Assembly: GCA_046726415.1 (NCBI GenBank)
Contig: JBKPAK010000028.1
Location: forward strand, 1-24,782
Origin: Candidatus Methylomirabilota bacterium
GTDB taxonomy: Bacteria; Methylomirabilota; Methylomirabilia; Rokubacteriales; CSP1-6
Direction: 5' to 3'
DNA length: 24,782 nucleotides
A program made the position numbers and the translations under genes. The notes under the pieces are model-generated. The model was not told where the DNA came from, made no database searches, and saw only the letters and a list, made by a program, of their open reading frames with translations. Below are positions 11,628 through 19,099 of this stretch, piece by piece. Each line of letters begins with the position of its first letter. Within the stretch, counting starts at the first letter, position 1.

Positions 11628-11753
11628 ATCGAGCGTCTGGTTTGGTCGCCGGTCCACCGGGACCTCCTCCCCATCAGGCCACGCTTTGGCGCTCGGCTTC
11701 CGCTGTTCCAGAGCGCGTTCACGGATCAGCGGAGGCTGTAACGAGGGCATGCG

Positions 11754-12086
11754 ATGGCACAGAAACTGTTCGTCGGGGGCCTCTCGTTCTCCACGTCGAG
11801 CGAGCGTTTGCGCGAGCTTTTCTCCCAAGTGGATGGGGTCGAATCGGTCACGGTGGTGACCGATCGCGATACCGGCCAATCGCGCGGGTTCGGCTTCGTG
11901 GAGATGGCGACGGCGGCGGCGGCCGAGGCGGCCGTCAAGAAGTTCAATGGTCAGGAGCTCGACGGCCGGCAGCTGAAGGTCGAACTGGCCAAGCCCCCGG
12001 CGTCCGGTGGGGACCGCCGCGGCGGGGGCTATCGCGGCGGCAGACCGGGAGGTGGCCGCGGCGGCCATTCAGGCGGCCGCTGGTAG
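11754..12086 (+). CDS. RRM (RNP-1) RNA-binding protein with Gly/Arg-rich tail
   Basis: RNP2 KLFVGGL, RNP1 RGFGFVEM, RGG-rich C-terminus, GAGGG upstream. Confidence 0.95.
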   Translation: MAQKLFVGGLSFSTSSERLRELFSQVDGVESVTVVTDRDTGQSRGFGFVEMATAAAAEAAVKKFNGQELDGRQLKVELAKPPASGGDRRGGGYRGGRPGGGRGGHSGGRW

Positions 12087-12172
12087 CCCAAGGCAGGGCA
12101 CATGCCCGGGGTTCGGCGGGGCCGAGACCGCCGTGCCCCTCTCAGCTCACACGACGACACGAGGAGGTACGC

Positions 12173-12388
12173 GTGCAAGTAACGGCGTTCTCGACTCCCG
12201 CCCGGCCCGACTGGCGCTGGCGCATCGTGAACTACGCCGGTGAGATCATCGAAGAATCGCGCGACGGTTTCCCGACGATTTCGGCCGCGGTGGCCAAGGG
12301 AGCGGAGCGGCTCAGCAGGCTGAATCTTGTAGATACCTCGCACCCTGTCCGAGTGTGGCGATCGACGTCACACCTGCGAAGCCGCTGA
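12173..12388 (+). CDS. small hypothetical protein (71 aa), loosely YegP/DUF1508-like
   Basis: Strong SD GAGGAGG 12161-12167 before GTG 12173. WRWRIVNYAGEIIEESRDGF...AAV resembles the YegP/UPF0339 pattern; the family assignment is tentative. Confidence 0.72.
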   Translation: MQVTAFSTPARPDWRWRIVNYAGEIIEESRDGFPTISAAVAKGAERLSRLNLVDTSHPVRVWRSTSHLRSR

Positions 12389-12414
12389 TGCCGGCGGGGC
12401 CAGACGCGCCGTGA
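12388..12414 (+). other. putative 8-aa bridging mini-ORF MPAGPDAP
   Basis: ATG 12388 overlaps the upstream TGA (TGATG). Its TGA 12412-12414 overlaps rpsU GTG 12411 (GTGA). Confidence 0.4.
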
Positions 12415-12611
12415 AGGTCGACGTCATCGACAACCAGATTGAAGCGGCCCTCAAGGCGCTGAAGAAGCAAATGCTCAAGGACGGCGTCTTCCAGGAGATG
12501 AAGCGCCGCGCGCATTACGAGAAGCCGTCCGTCAAGCGCAAGCGCAAGCAGGCGATGGCGCGGAAGAAGCGGCGCCGCGCACAAAAACGCTCGACGTCCT
12601 GGGACGACTGA
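12411..12611 (+). CDS. rpsU: 30S ribosomal protein bS21
   Basis: IEAALKALKK, EMKRRAHYEKPSVKRKRK signature; small and basic. Confidence 0.95.
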   Translation: MKVDVIDNQIEAALKALKKQMLKDGVFQEMKRRAHYEKPSVKRKRKQAMARKKRRRAQKRSTSWDD

Positions 12612-12622
12612 CGGCCCGACCG

Positions 12623-12654
12623 ACGGGCGCGCGCCGGTTCTGGCGCGCGCCCGT
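12623..12654 (+). terminator. GC-rich hairpin after rpsU (terminator-like or stabilising; no U-tract)
   Basis: Perfect 13-bp stem ACGGGCGCGCGCC/GGCGCGCGCCCGT with a 6-nt loop. Confidence 0.55.
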
Positions 12655-12735
12655 GACCCGCGAACGGTGGGGTCGCCGCGATCCAGCCAGCCCTTCGAGC
12701 GATGCTGGCCGCGAAGTGATCGTCGGCTGGCGTAA

Positions 12736-12765
12736 TTGGACGAAACGGCGTCGAGACGCTATCTT
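12736..12765 (+). promoter_or_regulatory. putative sigma70 promoter of lgt
   Basis: TTGGAC 12736-12741, 18-nt spacer, TATCTT 12760-12765, 9 nt before ATG 12775. Confidence 0.4.
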
Positions 12766-12774
12766 ACGTCAATC

Positions 12775-13566
12775 ATGTTCGCCTCCCCAGGCGCCATTGC
12801 CTTTCAAGTCGGTCCCCTCGTCATCCGCTGGTACGGCATTCTCATGGCCGCCGCGATCGTGGTGGGGCTCTGGTTGGCGCATCGCCAGGCGCGCCGCGAG
12901 GGTTTGCCCGCCGACGATATCATCAGCGTCGCCCAGTGGGCCATCTTGGCGGGGTTGGTCGGGGCGCGTCTCTACGAAGTGGCGTTCAACTGGGACTACT
13001 ATGGCCAGCATCCGTGGAAAATCCTGGCGGTGTGGGAGGGCGGGCTTGCCATCCACGGCGGCCTCATCGTCGGGATTGCCGTGGGGGTTTGGCTGGCCGC
13101 TCGATGGAGGCTGCCCATCCTCCGCTCGCTCGACGTGGCGGCGCCGAGCATCGTCCTCGGTCAGGCCATCGGGCGATGGGGCAACTTCTTCAACGAGGAG
13201 GCGTTCGGGCGCCCCACCTCGTTGCCCTGGAAGCTCTACATCTCGCCGCCCCACCGACCACTCGGCTACGGGCAGAGCGACTATTTCCACCCCACCTTCC
13301 TCTACGAGTCGCTCTGGGACCTCGTGGTTTTCCTGGTTCTGGTCGCCATCGTTCGTCCCCAGTTCGGGGCTCGGCCGGGAATCGTGTTCTTCTGCTACCT
13401 GGGCCTCTACTCCATCGGCCGGTTCTTCATCGAGGCGCTGCGTCTGGACAGCTTCTGGCTCGGCCCCTTCCGCGTTCCCCAACTCGCCAGCCTGCTGGGA
13501 CTGCTGGTGGCGGTGATTGGATTGGCCTGGACCAAGCGGCGCGCCGAGCGCCTGGCCCCAAGCTGA
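12775..13566 (+). CDS. lgt: prolipoprotein diacylglyceryl transferase
   Basis: IRWYG, GARLY, WEGGLAIHGG, GQAIGRWGNFFNEE, HPTFLYES, RFFIEALR. Confidence 0.96.
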   Translation: MFASPGAIAFQVGPLVIRWYGILMAAAIVVGLWLAHRQARREGLPADDIISVAQWAILAGLVGARLYEVAFNWDYYGQHPWKILAVWEGGLAIHGGLIVGIAVGVWLAARWRLPILRSLDVAAPSIVLGQAIGRWGNFFNEEAFGRPTSLPWKLYISPPHRPLGYGQSDYFHPTFLYESLWDLVVFLVLVAIVRPQFGARPGIVFFCYLGLYSIGRFFIEALRLDSFWLGPFRVPQLASLLGLLVAVIGLAWTKRRAERLAPS

Positions 13567-13595
13567 GCCGGCGTTCCGGGCCCTCCGTGCCCGCG

Positions 13596-13604
13596 TGTTA
13601 GACT
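13596..13604 (+). promoter_or_regulatory. putative extended -10 promoter giving a leaderless mRNA
   Basis: TG-t-TAGACT ends 7 nt before ATG 13612; no SD is present. Confidence 0.5.
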
Positions 13605-13611
13605 GACCTCG

Positions 13612-15312
13612 ATGTCCTGGTCACTGAAGAAAAAAGCCCAGGCGCTCCTCGCCCAGGAGCAGGGGGCCATCCGCAAGGATTGGGGTGGCAAAGTCGCCGT
13701 CGCCCTCGTGTATCCCAATACGTACGCCGTGGGCATGTCGAACCTCGGCTTTCAGACCATCTATTGGCATTTGAACCAGCGGCCCGACGTCGTCTGCGAG
13801 CGCGTGTTCCTCCCAGATCCCGAGGATCTCGCGGAGCTGCGGCGCACGGGCGCGTGCCCCTTCTCGTTGGAGTCGCAGCGCCCCCTGGCCGATTTTCACC
13901 TCGTGGGGTTCTCGGTGACATACGAGGGGGACTACATCAACGTCCTCCGGCTGCTCCGGCTGGCCGGCATCCCGCCGCGCGCGGAGAGACGCCGCGCGAA
14001 CGATCCGATCGTCCTGATGGGCGGGGTCTGCGCCTTCTCGAATCCCGAGCCGCTGGCTCCGTTCATGGACCTGATCGCGGTGGGCGAGGGGGAGGAGTTG
14101 GTGGGCGAGCTGGTGGCGGCCCACCGCGAAGCGCGCGGCGAGCGGCTGGCGTTCCTCGACGCGGTCACCGCGCTGGAAGGGGTGTACGTCCCGGCCAAGT
14201 ATGATGTCACCTATGGGGACGGCGGTCACCTCCTCGAGACGACCCCGCGCGGCGGCGCCCCAGCCGTCATTCACAAGCGCCGGCTCCGAAACGTGAACGA
14301 CTTCGAAACGATTGCGCCGGTCCGAACCCCTCGGGCCGAGTACGGACACATGGCCCTGCTCGAGGTCGGGAAGGGCTGCGGGCGCGGCTGCCGGTTTTGC
14401 CTGGAAGGGCAGGTGTACCGGCCGGTACGCCACCGGACGGTGGGAGCGTTGCGCGACACGGTGATGGCCTTGGCCAAACAGTCGCCCCGGTTGGGGCTCG
14501 TGGGCGCCTGCGTCTCCGACTACCCCTGGATCGGAGAGCTCCTGAACGTAGTCCAGGAATCGGGAATGGAGCTGTCCATCTCGTCACTGCGGGCGGACAG
14601 TCTCACCGAGGATCTGGTGGCGGCGCTGGCGCGCGGGGGTCATCGCACGGTGACGGTGGCCCCCGAGGCGGGCACCCCACGGCTGCGCCGGGCCATTCGC
14701 AAAGAGATCAGCGACGAGCAGCTCTACGCGGCCTGCGAGATGCTCCGCCGCCATGGGATCCCGAACCTCAAGTGCTACTTCATGCTCGGCCAGCCCACGG
14801 AGACGGACGAGGACATCGAGGCCATCCCCGATCTGGCCGCCCGGCTCCTCGAGCGGCTGCGCGTGCACGACCCGAGCGGGAAGCCGTTCGGACGGCTGAC
14901 TCTCTCCATCTCTTCGTTCGTCCCCAAGCCGTGGACGCCTTTCCAGTGGGCGCCCTTCGACGGCACGTCTTCGCTGGAGGCCAAGCTCGAGGTCATCAAG
15001 CGCGGCGTCCGGCGCTTCTCCAACGTGCGCGTGCTGCACGAGAACCCGCGGGAGGCCTTTCTCCAGGCACTGCTCGCTCGCGGCGACCGCCGGGTGGCCG
15101 ATTTCATCGAGCTGGCCGCCACTCTCGATGGCGATTGGCGACGCGCCCTGCGCGAGTGGGAGGGCGACGCCGGCTTCTACACGACGCGAACGCGTGACGT
15201 CACCGAGCGGATGCCGTGGGATCACTTCCACGTCCGCGTCTGGAAGGCCAGTCTCGTCCGGGAGTGGGAGCGAGCGCTCGCTCGCGAGCCCGTGGCGGTG
15301 GGAGCGTGCTGA
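13612..15312 (+). CDS. radical SAM Fe-S oxidoreductase (TIGR03960-like, B12-binding-like N-terminal domain), function unknown
   Basis: YPNTYAVGMSNLG, CGRGCRFC (CxxxCxxC), SSLRAD, APEAG, FVPKPWTPFQW. Confidence 0.88.
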   Translation: MSWSLKKKAQALLAQEQGAIRKDWGGKVAVALVYPNTYAVGMSNLGFQTIYWHLNQRPDVVCERVFLPDPEDLAELRRTGACPFSLESQRPLADFHLVGFSVTYEGDYINVLRLLRLAGIPPRAERRRANDPIVLMGGVCAFSNPEPLAPFMDLIAVGEGEELVGELVAAHREARGERLAFLDAVTALEGVYVPAKYDVTYGDGGHLLETTPRGGAPAVIHKRRLRNVNDFETIAPVRTPRAEYGHMALLEVGKGCGRGCRFCLEGQVYRPVRHRTVGALRDTVMALAKQSPRLGLVGACVSDYPWIGELLNVVQESGMELSISSLRADSLTEDLVAALARGGHRTVTVAPEAGTPRLRRAIRKEISDEQLYAACEMLRRHGIPNLKCYFMLGQPTETDEDIEAIPDLAARLLERLRVHDPSGKPFGRLTLSISSFVPKPWTPFQWAPFDGTSSLEAKLEVIKRGVRRFSNVRVLHENPREAFLQALLARGDRRVADFIELAATLDGDWRRALREWEGDAGFYTTRTRDVTERMPWDHFHVRVWKASLVREWERALAREPVAVGAC

Positions 15313-16334
15313 TGGACGCGCGCGACGCCTATGGTCGTGCGCTGCGGAACCTGCGGGTCTCGGTGACGGACCGCTGCAATCTGCGCTGCCAGTACTGCAT
15401 GCCAGAGGAGGACTACGTCTGGCTCCCCCGCGGGGAAATTCTGCAATTCGAGGAGATCTCCACCCTGGTCGAGGTCTTCATGGACCTGGGCGTCGACAAG
15501 GTGCGGCTCACCGGAGGCGAACCACTCCTGCGCCGCAATCTCGACCGCCTGATCTGTCTCCTCGCCGCCAAGCCGCGGCTGCGCGATCTGGCCATAACCA
15601 CCAACGGCGTGCTCCTGGCCGAGCAGGCCGCGGCGCTCCGGGCGGCCGGCCTCCATCGGGTGACGGTGAGCCTCGACACCCTCCGCCGCGATCGCTTCCT
15701 CGCCCTCACGCGACGGCAGACCCACGCGCAGGTCCTCGAGGGACTGCGGGCCGTCGCCGCCGTGGGCTTCTCGGAGACGAAGATCGACACGGTCGTGATT
15801 CGCGGCGTCAACGACGATGAACTGATCGAGCTGATCGAGTTTGCACGCACGGTACCGGCCGAGGTGCGCTTCATCGAGTACATGGACGTAGGCGGGGCCA
15901 CCCGCTGGTCCATGGATCAGGTGGTGAGCCGCGACGAGATGCTGGGAGTCCTCGAGCGGCATTATGGTCCCATCGAGCCCCTCGTCGAGCAGACCACGGC
16001 CCCGGCCGACCGCTATCGCCTCCAAGACGGAACTGTGTTCGGGATCATCGCGTCGACGACCGCGCCGTTCTGCGCGAGCTGCGATCGAAGCCGGCTCACC
16101 GCCGACGGCGTCTGGTATCTCTGTCTCTACGCCCAGCGGGGAACGGATCTGCGCGGGCCTCTGCGCGATGGAGCCAGCCGCGAAGCGCTGAAGACACTGG
16201 TGGCGTCCACCTGGCGGGACCGCCGTGACCGCGGGGCGGAGGAGCGCCTTCAACTGCGGCACCGCTCCCCTCTCGTGCAGATCGCGAAACTCCGGGAGGA
16301 TCCGCACCTCGAGATGCACACCCGCGGAGGGTAG
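15312..16334 (+). CDS. moaA: GTP 3',8-cyclase MoaA
   Basis: LRVSVTDRCNLRCQYC, RLTGGEP, RFIEYM, C-terminal Cx2Cx13C (FCASC...LCL), terminal GG. TGATG overlap with the upstream gene. Confidence 0.95.
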   Translation: MDARDAYGRALRNLRVSVTDRCNLRCQYCMPEEDYVWLPRGEILQFEEISTLVEVFMDLGVDKVRLTGGEPLLRRNLDRLICLLAAKPRLRDLAITTNGVLLAEQAAALRAAGLHRVTVSLDTLRRDRFLALTRRQTHAQVLEGLRAVAAVGFSETKIDTVVIRGVNDDELIELIEFARTVPAEVRFIEYMDVGGATRWSMDQVVSRDEMLGVLERHYGPIEPLVEQTTAPADRYRLQDGTVFGIIASTTAPFCASCDRSRLTADGVWYLCLYAQRGTDLRGPLRDGASREALKTLVASTWRDRRDRGAEERLQLRHRSPLVQIAKLREDPHLEMHTRGG

Positions 16335-16335
16335 G

Positions 16336-17046
16336 GTGAGCGCCGCCGAGGAAACCGCAATCGACATCCGCGAGCACGGCGTCCGGCAGCAGATCTCGGA
16401 CCGCCGACTCTTCATGCAGCTTCACGTCTTCACTGGATGCCTGGACACCAAGCCCCTGGTGCACGAACTGGAGGCGAGCCGCCAGGAGGCGGTGCTGTAT
16501 CGAGACGTCAACGATCCCCGGGGCGTCGGCGTGCTCACCCTGACCGAAGATCCCGTGCGTCTGGTGCAGGGGCTTCGGGAGCTTCTGAACACCGAACCCT
16601 TCACCGGCCTCGGATACCGGGCGGAGTTCACGATGCTCGGGCGCACCTATGCGTCCGGGTTCGAGATTGACCTCGAGGATTGGCTGTTGCGGCGGCCCCG
16701 GCGGACAGTCATGAACCCCGCGTGGCCGTGGGGTATCTGGTATCCGCTGCGGCGGGTCGGCGCCTTCGCACGGCTTTCGCCACAGGAGCAAGGCGCGATC
16801 ATCCGGGAGCACAGCGCGCTCGGGCGGGCCTATGGCGAGGCCGACCTGGCGCACGATGTTCGCCTGGCGTGCCACGGCCTCGACGTCCACGACAATGACT
16901 TCGTCATCGGCCTCGTCGGCCGTGACCTCCATCCGCTCTCGCACCTCGTGCAGGCCATGCGGAAAACGGTCCAGACGTCACAGTACATTCACACGCTCGG
17001 GCCTTTCTTCGTCGGCCACGCCCTCTGGCAAAGCCCGCCGCGCTGA
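16336..17046 (+). CDS. chlorite dismutase / coproheme decarboxylase (ChdC/HemQ)-like heme protein
   Basis: WYPLRR...EQGAIIREH (proximal His)...GRAY...GLD...FVIGL...LVQAMR...GPFFVG pattern. GGAGG precedes GTG 16336. Confidence 0.78.
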   Translation: MSAAEETAIDIREHGVRQQISDRRLFMQLHVFTGCLDTKPLVHELEASRQEAVLYRDVNDPRGVGVLTLTEDPVRLVQGLRELLNTEPFTGLGYRAEFTMLGRTYASGFEIDLEDWLLRRPRRTVMNPAWPWGIWYPLRRVGAFARLSPQEQGAIIREHSALGRAYGEADLAHDVRLACHGLDVHDNDFVIGLVGRDLHPLSHLVQAMRKTVQTSQYIHTLGPFFVGHALWQSPPR

Positions 17047-17138
17047 CTGCTGCCACACCGAACTGGTAGGGATCAGCGGGGTCCCGACCTCGCCGAACAC
17101 TCGGGCTCAAGCGCGCTAGGCGGAGCGAGGCGCCGGGA

Positions 17139-17642
17139 TCAGCGCGCCGGCTGAGCGAGACCCGCTTGCCAGGCCGCCAGGTTCTGCTCGATCTGGCGCG
17201 CGTGCAACTCCAGATGCTCCGCGTAGATGCGGAGCCAGTCCTCGGCGCTATAGCGACCTGACTCCGTGTGCCGCCCCTCCGCGCTCCACGCCGCCTCGGG
17301 AAGCGCGCGCAGCACGGGAACCGTATTGGCCCGCACCGCCTCGACGGTGGCCAGGGCCGTGTCGACGGGGTGCGCGTGATAGTCGAAGCACCGTGCCCAG
17401 ACCTCCTGGTCGTAGCCCACGATGAGCGGTGCCCGCTCAGCGACCAGATAGCGAATGCGGAGGGACGCATTGGTCTCGGAGTCCGCGCAGTGACACACGA
17501 CCTCGCGGGCCGACCATTCGTTGGGCGCCGGCCGCCACTGGCGGACGGGATCGGGCACCGCGGCGAAGGCCGCGCGCAGGCGGGCGGGGCCCGCCGCGTA
17601 TTGCTCGATCAGGCGCTCTCGTTCGGAGGGGGCGAGCGGCAT
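17139..17642 (-). CDS. DinB/YfiT-family putative metal-dependent thiol transferase
   Basis: WSAREVVCHCADSE, YDQEVWA and HLELHARQI (His/Asp/His ligands); start ATG 17642. Confidence 0.85.
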   Translation of the reverse strand: MPLAPSERERLIEQYAAGPARLRAAFAAVPDPVRQWRPAPNEWSAREVVCHCADSETNASLRIRYLVAERAPLIVGYDQEVWARCFDYHAHPVDTALATVEAVRANTVPVLRALPEAAWSAEGRHTESGRYSAEDWLRIYAEHLELHARQIEQNLAAWQAGLAQPAR

Positions 17643-17650
17643 CGCCGAAC

Positions 17651-19099
17651 TCAGGGAAGGGGCGCCGGGAGCTCGGAGGTTCCCATCAGGTGGCGATCGA
17701 CACCGCGCGCGCAGGAGCGCCCTTCCGCGATGGCCCAGACGATGAGCGATTGACCGCGCTGCATGTCGCCACACGTGAAGACGCCGGGGGCACTCGTCAT
17801 CCAGTTCTGATCGCGCCACACGTTCCCGCGCTCGGTGAGCTTCACGCCGAGATCGGCCAGCATGCCCGGACGCTCGGGCCCTACGAAGCCCATGGCCAGG
17901 AGCACGAGGTCCACGTCCATCGTGAACTCGCTGTCCGGGATGGGGCGAAAGTCGAGTCGGCCTCCCTCGCGGACCATTTCGACCTTGACGCCGTGGAGCT
18001 GTTGGACCCCCCTTGCGGCGTCACCCGTGAAGCGCTGGGTGGAGATCGAATAGAGGCGTTGGCCGCCCTCCTCGTGGGCGGAAGAGACGCGGAAGACGTT
18101 CGGCCACTCCGGCCACGGGTTGCTCGGGGCGCGCTCGTCGGGCGGACGGGGGAGCAACTCGAATTGATGGACCGCGCGCGCGCCCTGGCGATGGACGGTG
18201 CCGAGGCAGTCGGCCCCGGTGTCGCCGCCGCCGATGATCACCACGCTCTTGCCCGCCGCGCTGATGAATGCCTCGTCGGGGACCGCTTCGCCTTCGCAAC
18301 GCCGGTTCTGGAGGGTCAGGTAGTCCATGGCGAAGTGGATGCCCGGCAGCTCGCGGCCCGGTACGAGCAGGTCCCTGGGGTGGCAGGCGCCGCCGGCCAG
18401 CACGAGGGCGTCGAAGTCGGATTGGAGATCGGCCACCGGCACGTTGACGCCCACGTGGGCGTTGGTCTGAAAGACGACGCCTTCCTTCTCCATGAGCTGG
18501 AGTCGGCGGTCGAGGAAGCGCTTCTCCATCTTGAACTCGGGAATCCCGTAGCGCAGGAGGCCACCGATCCGATCTGCGCGCTCGAGGACGAGCACCGAAT
18601 GCCCGGCCCAGTTGAGCTGCTGCGCGCAGGCCAGGCCGGCCGGGCCGGAACCCACCACGGCCACGCGCTTGCCCGTGCGGACCTTGGGCACGTGCGGCAC
18701 CACCCAGCCCGCCTCGAAGGCGTGCTCGATGATGCTGACTTCCACGGCCTTGATGGTCACCGGATCGTCATTGATGCCGAGAACGCACGACCCCTCGCAG
18801 GGTGCCGGGCACAGGCGCCCGGTCCACTCCGGAAAGTTGTTGGTCGCGTGTAGCCGCTCGATGGCGTCGTGCCAGCGATCGCGATAGACGAGGTCATTCC
18901 AATCGGGAATGAGATTGCCGAGCGGGCAGCCCTGATGGCAGAAGGGAATTCCACAGTCCATGCACCGGGCGGCCTGCTTCTGCAGCTCGCCCGTCGGGTA
19001 AGGGGCGTAGACCTCCTGCCAGTCGTGTCGCCGCTCGTCGATCGGTCGTGTTGGGGACTTCTTGCGCTTGATCTCGAGAAAGCCGGTGACCTTACCCAC
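17651..19099 (-). CDS. gltD: glutamate synthase small (beta) subunit
   Basis: [53 protein letters not shown]. Confidence 0.97.
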   Translation of the reverse strand: MGKVTGFLEIKRKKSPTRPIDERRHDWQEVYAPYPTGELQKQAARCMDCGIPFCHQGCPLGNLIPDWNDLVYRDRWHDAIERLHATNNFPEWTGRLCPAPCEGSCVLGINDDPVTIKAVEVSIIEHAFEAGWVVPHVPKVRTGKRVAVVGSGPAGLACAQQLNWAGHSVLVLERADRIGGLLRYGIPEFKMEKRFLDRRLQLMEKEGVVFQTNAHVGVNVPVADLQSDFDALVLAGGACHPRDLLVPGRELPGIHFAMDYLTLQNRRCEGEAVPDEAFISAAGKSVVIIGGGDTGADCLGTVHRQGARAVHQFELLPRPPDERAPSNPWPEWPNVFRVSSAHEEGGQRLYSISTQRFTGDAARGVQQLHGVKVEMVREGGRLDFRPIPDSEFTMDVDLVLLAMGFVGPERPGMLADLGVKLTERGNVWRDQNWMTSAPGVFTCGDMQRGQSLIVWAIAEGRSCARGVDRHLMGTSELPAPLP

